Source: Myxococcota bacterium (GTDB lineage Bacteria > Myxococcota_A > UBA9160 > UBA6930). From it: a stretch of DNA of 64,000 bases. A model generated the notes under the pieces. It was not told the DNA's origin. It searched no databases and worked only from the letters and a program-made list of their open reading frames with translations. Location: positions 5,376,001-5,440,000 of the forward strand of contig OZ245002.1 in NCBI GenBank assembly GCA_965223415.1, in the 5' to 3' direction. Positions 50,054-59,566 of this stretch are shown here, piece by piece. How positions within the stretch are numbered: the first letter of the stretch is position 1; each line of letters begins with the position of its first letter. Position numbers and translations under genes: made by a program.

Positions 50054-51766
50054 ATGGCGTATCGCGAGGTCGGCATGTGGGAGATTCTGGAGGTGCTCCG
50101 CCGGGCGCACCGAGGCGAGAGCCAGGTGGCGATGGCGCGGGCCACGGGGCACACGCGCAAGACGATCCGGCGCTACGTGCAAGTCGCCGGGGAGCTGGGC
50201 TGGGTCGCCAGGGGGCCGAGGGAGCCGGATGAGGCCCTGGCCCAAGGGGTGGCGGCTCGGGTGCGGCCTGTGCCCACGCAGCGCGACGCGGGAGAGAGCG
50301 AGGCGCAGCTGGCGCCGCATGCCGACCGGATCCGAGCGTGGCTCCAGCCCGAGGCGGGTGGCCGAGGACTGCGGCTGACGAAGGTCTACGACCTGCTCGG
50401 GCGCGAGGGCGTGCGCGTCCCCTACAGCTCGCTCCACCGCTTCGCGGTCCGCCACTGCGGGTTCCAAGACCGGCGCCGGGTGACGGTGCGCATGGCGGCG
50501 GTGGCCCCCGGCGAGCTCGCCGAGGTCGACTTCGGCCGCCTCGGCATGGTCTGGGATCCGGAGACCGGGCGCCGCCGCACCGTTCATGCCCTGATCGTCA
50601 CCCTCGTCCATAGCCGCCACCAGTACGTCCACGTGACCTACGGCCAGAAGCTCCCCGATCTGCTCGAGGGGCTCGAGGACGCCTGGGCGTTCTTCGGCGG
50701 GGTCCCGGTGCGCGTGGTGCTGGACAATCTGAAGGCGGCCGTCACGAAGGCCGACCGCTACGAGCCGATCTTCCAGCGCACCTTCGCCGAGTACGCCCAC
50801 TACCGCGGCTTCGTCATCGATGCCGCCGTGCCTCGGCATCCCAAGGGCAAGCCCCACGTCGAGCGCCAGGTGCAGTACGTGCGCGAGCGCTTCTTCCGTG
50901 GCGAGCAGTGGCTGGGACGCGACCACGTGCAGCGCGAGGCCGCGCGCTGGTGCCTGGAGGTCGCCGGCCAGCGCACTCACGGGACGACGCGCAAGAGGCC
51001 CCTGGCCGTCTTCGAGAACACGGAGAAGCCGGCTCTGCAGCCCCTCGTGCGCCCGCGCTTCGATCCGCCCACCTGGGCCGAGGCGAAGGTCCACCCCGAC
51101 CACCACGTCCAGTTCCAAAAGGCCTTCTACACCGTGCCCACCCGCCACGTGGGCAAGCGCGTCTGGGTTCGCGGCGACTCGAAGCTCATCCGCATGTACG
51201 TCGACGGCGAGTGCATCAAGACCCACGAGCGCGTGGACCCTGGCTGCCGCTCCACCGACTACCACGACTATCCGCCCGAGCGTGCCCCCTACGCCATGCG
51301 GGACCCGGAAGCGGCGATCCGCCAGGCGCGCGACCAGGGGCCTCACATTGGGCGCTTCGCCGAGAAGCTCCTGGCCGGCCCCTTCCCCTGGTCCAAGCTC
51401 CGCCAGGCCCAGAAGCTGCTTCGCCTCGGCCACAAGTACGGCCTGCCGCGCGTCGACGCCGGCTGCCGCAGGGCCCTCGCCTTCGACCTCATCAACACGA
51501 AGCGCCTCGAACGCATCGTGGCCGAAGGCATCCAGCCGCTCGGCGACCCCAGCACCCCCGGACAGCTCCTGCTCCTGCCGCCCCGTTTCCTGCGCCCGCA
51601 AGGGCACTTCACCCACCCCAACGACAACCCCGACAAGGAGACCACCCCCCATGACGACCGAGATCAACCCGTCCCTCAAGACCCTGCTCAAACGCCTGAA
51701 GCTCTCGGGCATGCTGGCCACGCTCCCCGATCGCGTGGCCTACACCCGGAAGACGAAGCTCCCTGA
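50054..51766 (+). CDS. istA: IS21 transposase
   Basis: Same protein as 12890-14602. Confidence 0.93.
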   Translation: MAYREVGMWEILEVLRRAHRGESQVAMARATGHTRKTIRRYVQVAGELGWVARGPREPDEALAQGVAARVRPVPTQRDAGESEAQLAPHADRIRAWLQPEAGGRGLRLTKVYDLLGREGVRVPYSSLHRFAVRHCGFQDRRRVTVRMAAVAPGELAEVDFGRLGMVWDPETGRRRTVHALIVTLVHSRHQYVHVTYGQKLPDLLEGLEDAWAFFGGVPVRVVLDNLKAAVTKADRYEPIFQRTFAEYAHYRGFVIDAAVPRHPKGKPHVERQVQYVRERFFRGEQWLGRDHVQREAARWCLEVAGQRTHGTTRKRPLAVFENTEKPALQPLVRPRFDPPTWAEAKVHPDHHVQFQKAFYTVPTRHVGKRVWVRGDSKLIRMYVDGECIKTHERVDPGCRSTDYHDYPPERAPYAMRDPEAAIRQARDQGPHIGRFAEKLLAGPFPWSKLRQAQKLLRLGHKYGLPRVDAGCRRALAFDLINTKRLERIVAEGIQPLGDPSTPGQLLLLPPRFLRPQGHFTHPNDNPDKETTPHDDRDQPVPQDPAQTPEALGHAGHAPRSRGLHPEDEAP

Positions 51767-52457
51767 GCTCGACCTCCTGGAGCTCGTCCTTCAGGACGAA
51801 GTCGATCGCCGCGACCACAAGAACCTCGAGACGCGCCTTTCCCGCGCCGGCTTCGAGGAAGAGCAGACCCTCGAGGCCTTCGACTGGGATGCCCCCGTCA
51901 CCTTCGATCGCGATCGCGTGAAGGACCTCTTCTCCCTCGGCTTCCTCGAGCGCCACGAGGACGTCATCCTGCTCGGCCCCGTGGGCGTGGGCAAGACCTT
52001 CCTGGCCTCCGCCCTGGGACACGCCGCCTGCCGGGCCGGGCACCACGTCCTCTTCCTCCGCGTCGACCGCATGTTCCACTGGCTCCACCAGTCGCGAGCC
52101 GACCTCTCGACCGAGAAGGTCTTCCGACGCCTCCTCGCCCCGGACCTCCTCGTCCTCGACGACTTCGGCCTCCGGCGCCTCTCCGCCGAGCAGTCGAGCG
52201 ATCTCTACGAGGTCGTCCTCGAACGCCACCGCCGCGCTTCGACGATCGTCACCAGCAACCGCGCCATCGAGGAATGGATCCCCCTCTTCGACGACCCCAT
52301 CCTGGCCCAGAGCGCCCTCGACCGCCTCGCCCACAACGCCTACCAGCTCGTCATCGAGGGCGAGAGCTACCGCAAGCAACAGCGCCCCGGCGAAATGCCG
52401 ACCCACACCCCCGCCAATCCCCAGCGCCGAAGCCGCCGCCGAACCCGCGTCCGCTGA
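51651..52457 (+). CDS. istB: IS21 helper ATPase
   Basis: Same protein as 12199-13005. Confidence 0.93.
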   Translation: MTTEINPSLKTLLKRLKLSGMLATLPDRVAYTRKTKLPELDLLELVLQDEVDRRDHKNLETRLSRAGFEEEQTLEAFDWDAPVTFDRDRVKDLFSLGFLERHEDVILLGPVGVGKTFLASALGHAACRAGHHVLFLRVDRMFHWLHQSRADLSTEKVFRRLLAPDLLVLDDFGLRRLSAEQSSDLYEVVLERHRRASTIVTSNRAIEEWIPLFDDPILAQSALDRLAHNAYQLVIEGESYRKQQRPGEMPTHTPANPQRRSRRRTRVR

Positions 52458-53929
52458 CGCCAAACAAGGAGCGTGCTACCTCATCCACCGGCCCGGGACC
52501 CATGGGTCAACCCCGTGAGAATACCTGGGTCATGCCCGCGGGAATCGACAAACGGATGCAAGGAAGCAGCGGCAGGCGTTCGTTCGCGACTACGAGAGCG
52601 GTCAGTGGTCGATGAGCGAGCTGTGTCGGCGGTATCGTGTCTCCCGGCCCACAGGCTACAAGTGGCTCGGGCGCTTCGAGTCGGAGGGGGAGGCCGGCCT
52701 GGAGGAGAGGTCCCGTGCGCCGGCTCGCTGCCCGCACAGGACGCCAGCGAGCGTGGAGCGCAAGATCCTGGCCCTTCGCGCCGAGTACGGCTGGGGTGCG
52801 AAGAAGATCTTGCAGGTGCTCGAGCGCCGGTACCCGAAGATGCAGAGGCCCGCGCGAAGCACGGTGAACGCGATCCTCGATCGCCACGGCAAGCTGCGCA
52901 AGAACCGACGTCGGAAGAAGTGGTCGCATCCCGGCGCTGCGTCGCTGTCGACCGACCACCCGAACCAGGTGTGGCCCGCGGACTTCAAGGGCCAATTCAA
53001 GATGCGCAACGGTCGCTACTGCTACCCGCTGACCGTGACCGACCACTGCAGCCGCAAGCTCCTGATGTGCCGCGGGCTGCACTCGATTCGCACCGAGGGC
53101 GTGAAGCCGCTGTTTCGGGAGCTCTTTCGCGAGGTCGGACTTCCCGAGGCGATTCGCACCGACAACGGTGCCCCCTTCGCATCGACCGGGATCCACGGCC
53201 TGTGCGAACTCAACGTGTGGTGGATGAAGCTCGGCATCGTGCACCAGCGCATCCGTCCTTCGAGCCCCCAACAGAACGGGCAGCACGAGAGGATGCACAA
53301 GGACCTCAAACGCGAGGCGACCCGCCCGCCTGGCGCGAACCTCAACGTCCAGCAGCGGATGCTCGAGGCCTTTCGTCGACGCTACAACGAGGAGCGGCCG
53401 CACGAAGCACTCGGTGGAGCGTTTCCCGAGGAGCGCTACGAGCCCTCGCCGCGGCCGTACCCCAGTCGCCTCTCGCCGCCGGAGTACCCTGCGCAGATGG
53501 AAGTGCGCCGCGTGAGCCGGGCCGGGACGTTTCGGCTGAAGGCGAAGCAGCCCTTCCTGAGCAACGCACTGGCCGATGAGTACATCGGACTTGAAGAGAT
53601 CGGCGACGGCATCTGGAGCATCGTCTACTACGAGACGATCCTGGGCCGCATCGACGAGCGCAGCAGGAAGATCACCGGAGTCTGAGAGGTGTAAACGATC
53701 TACCTGGACTTGTGTAAAGGATCAGCCGGACCGGTCACAGGGCACCGGGCGATCCCGAGCGTTGGCGTCTGGCCTACAACCATGCGGAGCGATTGGGGGT
53801 GTCGGGTGCCGGTCGGTGCCGTCACTGCCGAGCGGCCGAGTCTCGCAACCCCTCGAGAACACTGCGTGTCCGAACTGAGCCCCAGCCGCGGCACCTGAGG
53901 GTCGCAGCGGAACCGATGCAACCCCGCGT

Positions 53930-54674
53930 GTGCTTAGCGAGACATCGCTGACACCTGATTCCGGAGACATGGTTTACACAATCGGCAATTTGGGGAGCCC
54001 CCGGATGCCGTGGAGAACGTGTAGACCGATGGATGAACGCCTCCGCTTCGTAGCTCGCCTGCTCGAGGGCGAGAAGATGGCGCCCCTGTGCCGCGAGTTC
54101 GGGATCTCCCGGGTCACCGGGTACAAGATCTACGAGCGCTACAAGACCTGCGGCCTCGAGGGCCTGAACGACCGCTCCCGCCGGCCCTATCGCCACGCCA
54201 ACAAGCTGCCGTACCAGGTCGAACGCGCGATCCTGGGGATCAAGAAGGAGTACCCCTCCTGGGGGGCTCCGAAGATCCGCGACAAGCTGATCCGCGACTT
54301 CCCGATGATCAAACCGCCCGCGGTGAGCACGGTGCATGCCGTGCTGGATCGCAACGGACTGGTCATGCGGCGGAAGCGGAGACGCCACAAGGCCAAGGGC
54401 ACGGAGCTCAAGGCGGCCCACGCTCCGAACGGCCTGTGGTGCGCAGACTTCAAGGGCGAGTTCATGCTCGGCAGCAAGCAGTACTGCTACCCGCTGACGA
54501 TCACCGACTACCGAACGCGCTACCTACTCGCCTGCGAGGGTCTCTCGTCGACGCGGTCGGACTTCGCCTTCTCCGTCTTCGAGAGGACCTTCAAGGACTT
54601 CGGGCTGCCGACGGCGATCCGCACCGACAACGGGGTTCCCTTCGCGTCGCCCAACGCACTCTTCGGTCTCTCGA
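53930..54674 (+). mobile_element. IS481-like element, 5' part (transposase from 54005, truncated)
   Basis: MPWRTC.PMDERLRF...WCADFKG...IRTDNG, then breaks off. Confidence 0.82.
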
Positions 54675-54681
54675 AGTCAAC

Positions 54682-55014
54682 ATGCTCGAAGGCATCTTCG
54701 GAAACGCCAGCGCCGAGAAAGTGCTGCTCTACCTCGAGCAGTACGAGGAGGGCTACGCGACCGCGATCGCCCGGACCTTCGACGGCCTGTCGCTCAACAT
54801 GGCGCAGCGGCAGCTCGAGCGATTCGAGCGCGCCGGCGCGCTGGTGAGCTCGCTCCAGGGCCGCACCCGCCTCTACACCTGGAATCCCCGCTATCCGTTT
54901 CGGCGCGAGCTGCGGGCCCTCCTCCGCAAGGCGCTCGACCAGCTGCCCGCGTCAGAGCGCAAGCGCTACTTCACCGAACGAAGACGGCCGCGCCGAGCGG
55001 GCAAGCCGATTTGA
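54682..55014 (+). CDS. Winged-helix (ArsR-like) protein
   Basis: MLEGIFGN...KVLLYL....EGYA..IA; overlaps a truncated downstream ORF at 55011. Confidence 0.75.
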   Translation: MLEGIFGNASAEKVLLYLEQYEEGYATAIARTFDGLSLNMAQRQLERFERAGALVSSLQGRTRLYTWNPRYPFRRELRALLRKALDQLPASERKRYFTERRRPRRAGKPI

Positions 55015-55216
55015 GCAAGAAGCCTCGGATCAGCCAGCCCACCTCTCTGGAGGATCTGGCCGCCCTCGTCTGCTCCACGCTTGTCGAGGGACGTCATCTC
55101 TTGCGCGCTAAGAGGACGGCTAGTTTTGCGCACCCCCCTGGGTTGATGTTCGGTTCTTCCTTCTTCTCTTCCGCTCTCCGAAGGAGAGCACGGCCGTCAG
55201 GCCGCCCTCTGGGGCC

Positions 55217-56017
55217 TCAACGCTGGGCGCTTTGCCCCGCGGCCTGCTCGAGCTCGCGGAGCCGGTAGCTCCGCCCCGAGATGTTGAGCACCTGGCTGTG
55301 GTGGAGGAGGCGATCGAGGATGGCGGTGGCCAGCACCTCGTCGCCCGCCAGCACCTCGGGCCAGTCGGCGATGCCCTTGTTCGTGGTGATCAGGATCGAG
55401 CCCCTCCCATAGCGGTAGGAGACGAGCCGGAAGAAGAGGCTCGCCTCCTGGCGCGTCATGGGCTCGAAGCCGACCTCGTCGATGACGAGGAGCGCCACGT
55501 TCATGTGCTTGCGCCGCCGCAGCCGTTGCGGGCTGATCTCGGCGTCGCGCTTGAGGGCCGCCAGCAGGTCCTCGAGGCGATGGAAGGCCACGGAGAAGCC
55601 GTTCTCCACGGCCCGCACCCCCAGGGCCACCGCCAGGTGGGTCTTGCCCACTCCCGGCGGACCCTGGATCAGCAGACTCTCCTTGGCCCGGATCCACGCG
55701 CAGGTGCCCAGCGTCTCGATCCGGCTCCGCTCCACACTCGGCTGGAAGGCGAAGTCGAAGTTGCCGAGGGTCTGCCCCGTGGGAAGGCCCGAGAGACGGA
55801 GCGAGGTCTTCATCCTCCGCTCCTCGCGGTGCTGCAGCTCGGCCTCGAGCAGCAGGTCGAGGAAGCGGTGGGGCACGAGGTCGTCCTTGGTCGCTCGGGC
55901 CAGCTCCTCGCCGATGTGCTCGGCCGCGTGATGGAGGCCGAGGCGCACGAGCCGCTCGCGGGTCGGGTCGAGATCCACCTTGCCGCCCTTCTTGGGCACC
56001 GGGTTTCCCGCCGTCAT
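55217..56017 (-). CDS. istB: IS21 helper ATPase
   Basis: Same protein as 45345-46145. Confidence 0.95.
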   Translation of the reverse strand: MTAGNPVPKKGGKVDLDPTRERLVRLGLHHAAEHIGEELARATKDDLVPHRFLDLLLEAELQHREERRMKTSLRLSGLPTGQTLGNFDFAFQPSVERSRIETLGTCAWIRAKESLLIQGPPGVGKTHLAVALGVRAVENGFSVAFHRLEDLLAALKRDAEISPQRLRRRKHMNVALLVIDEVGFEPMTRQEASLFFRLVSYRYGRGSILITTNKGIADWPEVLAGDEVLATAILDRLLHHSQVLNISGRSYRLRELEQAAGQSAQR

Positions 56018-57300
56018 CGCGCCACCTCCGCCAGATCGGCATAGAGGTCGATCGGCCGCTGCTCCGGCTCCATCGCCCACAGCTCCTGGAGGCGTCGACC
56101 CATGCGCCCGAGCGGTACGGGCGCCTCCACCCCCTCCGTGCTCGGCCCCTCGTAGTGGCTCGGGTCCAGCAGCAGGCGGCTTCGCGTGTGGCGCGGGTGC
56201 GCGGCCACCACCGAGCCCTCGGCCCAGACCTGCACCTGCCGGGCGCAGCCGCGCACCTCGACGCTCTGCTCGACGAAGCGGAAGGGGACGCTGTAGGTAC
56301 GCCCCTCGAAGCGCACCGTGGCGTCGCGCCCGACACGTCGCATCACGGCCAGGTCGAAGGGCTCGGGAAGCCGCTCGGGCAGGGCCCCGAGATGGGGCTT
56401 CTCCGCCTCCCACGCCTGGAAGACCGTCGTGCCCGTCGCCGGGCACTGCCGCCGGTGGCTCGAGCGCGCCACCTGGCCGTCCGTCCACGCTTGCAGCGAC
56501 TCCAGGCTCTCGTGCTCCCGCCGACGCGGATCGAAGCCCCGCCGGTGCCCCAGGATCCGACGCTCCACCTTCCCCTTCTCCTGCGGCTGGCGGGGACGGG
56601 TGGCGTCCACGTGGAAGCGAAGGGCCCCGGCATAGCTCGCGTAAGCCGGGTTCACCGTCCCCCATGGCCCCGCCCCCTTCGCCACCGCTGTCTTCACGTT
56701 GTCGACCCGCAGCACCGCCGGCACCCCGCCCAGCCGCTCGAAGGCCCGGTTGTGCACGTCCAGCCACGCCAGCGTGTCCGCCCGCTCCGACCACACCACC
56801 GCTTCTCGCCGCGAGTGCGAGAGCACCAGGTGGAAGGCATGCAGGTCCACCTCCTGGCCCCCGATCCGCACGCCCGGAAACTCGCCCCAGTCCACCTGAC
56901 CCTGCGCCCCGGGCGGTGTCTCCACCCGACGCCGGCTCCGCACCTTCGGTCTCGGGAACCGGGCCCGCACGTACCGCTGCACGCTCTTGGAGCTCCCCGT
57001 GTACCCGTGCTCCTCCACCAGGAACTCGTGAAGCTCCTGCAGGTTCACGCCACGGCCTCCCGAGCTCGCCTCCAGCCACTCCGCGATCACCTCGTGGACC
57101 GCCTCGGCCAGGAAGGGCTTCCCGCTCCGGCCGTCTCGCGCCCCCTCCGCCAGCCGCTTCAGCCGGTAGCGCACCGCGCTCTCCCGGATCCCCAGCTGGC
57201 GGGCGATCTCCCGGTTCGAGCACCCCCGCTCGTGCAGCACTTCGATCGTCATCACTTCCTCCTGCCTCAGTCGCCGCTGCCCCACGCCCCCCTCCCTCAC
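56014..57300 (-). CDS. istA: IS21 transposase
   Basis: Same protein as 44062-45348. Confidence 0.95.
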   Translation of the reverse strand: MREGGVGQRRLRQEEVMTIEVLHERGCSNREIARQLGIRESAVRYRLKRLAEGARDGRSGKPFLAEAVHEVIAEWLEASSGGRGVNLQELHEFLVEEHGYTGSSKSVQRYVRARFPRPKVRSRRRVETPPGAQGQVDWGEFPGVRIGGQEVDLHAFHLVLSHSRREAVVWSERADTLAWLDVHNRAFERLGGVPAVLRVDNVKTAVAKGAGPWGTVNPAYASYAGALRFHVDATRPRQPQEKGKVERRILGHRRGFDPRRREHESLESLQAWTDGQVARSSHRRQCPATGTTVFQAWEAEKPHLGALPERLPEPFDLAVMRRVGRDATVRFEGRTYSVPFRFVEQSVEVRGCARQVQVWAEGSVVAAHPRHTRSRLLLDPSHYEGPSTEGVEAPVPLGRMGRRLQELWAMEPEQRPIDLYADLAEVAR

Positions 57301-57383
57301 GGGGAACGTGCCGCGCAGCGGCTCAACAGGAGGTGCGCAAATCTACGTGTCCTCTTAGCCCTCGAATATCACGTCCTGCGACA

Positions 57384-57685
57384 ACCTCTACCCGACGGTG
57401 CAGGTCCACCACCTGCACCATGCGCGCGAGCGGCGCCTGCAGGACTCGAACTTCGCGGGCGTGAGCACCCTCTTCGACGTCGTGTTCGGCACCTTCCGCC
57501 ACCCCGACGGGCACCCGTTCGAGGACTACGGCATCGGGGGCGACCCGGTGCCCGCGGGCTTCATCGCGCAGCTCCTCTACCCCGTGCGCCGATGGTTCGA
57601 AGGCGCGATGGGCGCGGGCGGCGGCGCCTCCGTTGGAGGGAGCCTCGCGGAGACGGCCGGGCGTGGGCACCCTCCGTCGGGGTGA
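57384..57685 (+). pseudogene. Sterol desaturase 3' remnant
   Basis: HHLHH...NFA.....D.VFGTF; 5' part replaced by IS21. Confidence 0.75.
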
Positions 57686-57758
57686 TGCGATTCGCGTGGG
57701 CGGCGCAGAGCTATCCTCTGAGTTCGATCTGGGCTTTGGGCACGGGGAGCTGCGGGAG

Positions 57759-58559
57759 ATGACCGTGGGCGACGAAGCCACCTACCAGCTACTGCGCGGC
57801 TTGGGGCTCGCTGTCGCCTTTGCGCTAGGAATCGCGCTGGAGCAGTGGCGCCCGCACGAACGCCTGCGACCGGCGTGGCGCACCAACGTCGGCCTCTGGG
57901 CCATCGACGCCGCCGTCATGGCCGCTGTCTGCGGGGCGTGCGGGTGGCTCGTGGCCGCCTGGGCGGCGAGCCTCGGACTCGGGCTCTTCGCCTGGCTTGA
58001 CACCCCCACCTGGGCGGCGGCCGCGTTCGGCGTGCTGGCGCTCGATGGCGTCTCGTACGCCTGGCACCGCGCGAACCACCGGATCCCGCTCCTCTGGCGC
58101 TTCCACCAGGTACATCACGCGGACACGAGCTTCCACGTGACGACGGCGTTGCGCTTCCATCCCGGAGAGCTCCTGCTCGCCCTCCCCGTCCGCCTCGCCG
58201 CCGTGGTGGCGTTGGGCGTGCCACCGGCGGGCGTCCTCCTCTTCGAGATCGTCTTCGGGATCGCGAACCTCCTGGAGCACGGGAACTTCGACCTTCCCCG
58301 CCGCTTCGAGCCCTTGGCGCAGCGCGTGCTCATCACGCCGGCGCTGCACCGGGCGCATCACGTCTCCGACTGGCAGGAGCTGGACACGAACTTCGGCACG
58401 ATCCTCTCGGCGTGGGATCGCCTCGCCGGAACGCTGCGCACGAGTGACGGGGCTCGCCGCGTGGTGACCGGGCTGCCCGACTGGAAAGCAGAACGAGCGC
58501 CGTCGCTCTCGGAGTCGCTCTTCCTGCCCCTTTCCCAAAGCCGTTCGCGAGCGCGCTGA
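57759..58559 (+). CDS. Sterol desaturase / fatty acid hydroxylase family
   Basis: HRANH, HQVHH, RFHPGE, HRAHH boxes. Confidence 0.92.
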   Translation: MTVGDEATYQLLRGLGLAVAFALGIALEQWRPHERLRPAWRTNVGLWAIDAAVMAAVCGACGWLVAAWAASLGLGLFAWLDTPTWAAAAFGVLALDGVSYAWHRANHRIPLLWRFHQVHHADTSFHVTTALRFHPGELLLALPVRLAAVVALGVPPAGVLLFEIVFGIANLLEHGNFDLPRRFEPLAQRVLITPALHRAHHVSDWQELDTNFGTILSAWDRLAGTLRTSDGARRVVTGLPDWKAERAPSLSESLFLPLSQSRSRAR

Positions 58560-58720
58560 AGACCCCACCCGGCGAACTCCAACAACGGCTCGATGGGCGC
58601 GGTTGTATCCCGCTTGTATCCCGACCCGCGCACACGTCGAGAACACGAGCGAGCACGCCCACTTGCAGACGAAGCGTGCGGGTTTCGAGAAACCCGAAAA
58701 GCTGAACGAAATCAGCTAGA

Positions 58721-58817
58721 TGGCGGGGCGGACGGGACTCGAACCTACAACCTCCGGCCCTAAGTGCCCGGAAACACAATGGTTCAGACGACTGAAGCTT
58801 GTATCCCGTTGTATCCC
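58721..58817 (-). repeat. tRNA-Asp 3' fragment att-like site 6 (type B variant)
   Basis: Same core, TGTATCCC x2; second pair at 58603-58622; left flank resembles 33312-33374. Confidence 0.9.
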
Positions 58818-58882
58818 GCCATCCGCAGGCAAGGGCTCCGACATCCGTGGTGTGGTTGTAGCTTTAAAGCTACGCTAGCTCG

Positions 58883-59221
58883 GTGCCGACGGAGGTCGAG
58901 GTCAGAATCTACGCCCTGCCGGACGGCAGCGAGCCCTACACGCGGTGGGAGGCGGCACTCAGGGACAGACAGGCGCGGGCACGCATCCGGGCGCGGATCG
59001 GACGGCTTCGGCTCGGCAACTTCGGCGACGCCAAGCGCGTGGGTGAGGTGTTCGAGCTTCGGGTTCGCGCCGGGCCCGGCTACCGCATCTACTACGGAAG
59101 GGACGGCGACGCCGTGGTGGTCCTGCTCTGCGGCGGAGACAAGGGATCACAGGCGAGAGACATCGAGCGCGCCGAAGGGTATTGGCGCGACTACCGGAGT
59201 CGAAACGATGGCAAGAGCTAG
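58883..59221 (+). CDS. RelE/HigB-like addiction-module toxin
   Basis: GNFGD.K.VG.V.ELR...GPGYRIYY, LLCGGDK.SQ.RDI. Confidence 0.92.
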   Translation: MPTEVEVRIYALPDGSEPYTRWEAALRDRQARARIRARIGRLRLGNFGDAKRVGEVFELRVRAGPGYRIYYGRDGDAVVVLLCGGDKGSQARDIERAEGYWRDYRSRNDGKS

Positions 59222-59510
59222 AGACTACCGAGAGCACCTGGACGAGGTGCTGAAGGACGACGCGGAGGCGGTGGCCTACCTGAACGCCGCTCTTGCGGAG
59301 GACGACCCGGAAGTGTTCCTCCTCGCGCTCCGCGACGTGGCCCGCACTCGAGAGGGTGGACTCGCAGGCCTGGCCGAGGCCGCGCAGCTCAACCGCGAGC
59401 ACCTCTACCGGATGCTCTCCGAGAACGGCAACCCGGAGCTCCGCAGCCTGGAGGCACTCCTCGACGCGCTGGGCTTCCGCCTGAGCGTCGAGCTGAAGGC
59501 AACGGGCTGA
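59208..59510 (+). CDS. Addiction-module antidote protein (HTH)
   Basis: Near-identical to 46350-46652. Confidence 0.9.
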   Translation: MARARDYREHLDEVLKDDAEAVAYLNAALAEDDPEVFLLALRDVARTREGGLAGLAEAAQLNREHLYRMLSENGNPELRSLEALLDALGFRLSVELKATG

Positions 59511-59566
59511 AGCAGCCGGGAACGCCGCAACCCTTCAAGCGAAGGCCGCCGCTGTCCCCCGACCCT

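Larger units (their letters stand above)
49890..52550 (+). mobile_element. IS21 type B, copy 2
   Basis: 2661 bp, TG...CA, 6-bp TSD AACGGA. Confidence 0.95.
49870..53685 (+). pseudogene. IS481 transposase interrupted after codon 6-7
   Basis: MPWMET|DARKQR split. Confidence 0.88.
49813..53737 (+). mobile_element. IS481 copy 2, interrupted by IS21 type B
   Basis: Equals copy 1 (1258 bp) after removing 2661+6 bp. Confidence 0.88.
55082..57383 (-). mobile_element. IS21 type A, copy 3 (no TSD)
   Basis: 2302 bp; flanks ACGCT and ACCTC differ. Confidence 0.95.

Noticed and set aside
54088..55014. 308-aa fusion ORF
   Set aside because: The N-terminal part is an off-frame reading of the IS481 fragment. 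The real gene starts at 54682.
18719..58817. CRISPR array
   Set aside because: The repeats are kilobases apart, tRNA-derived and separated by genes. No cas genes are present.
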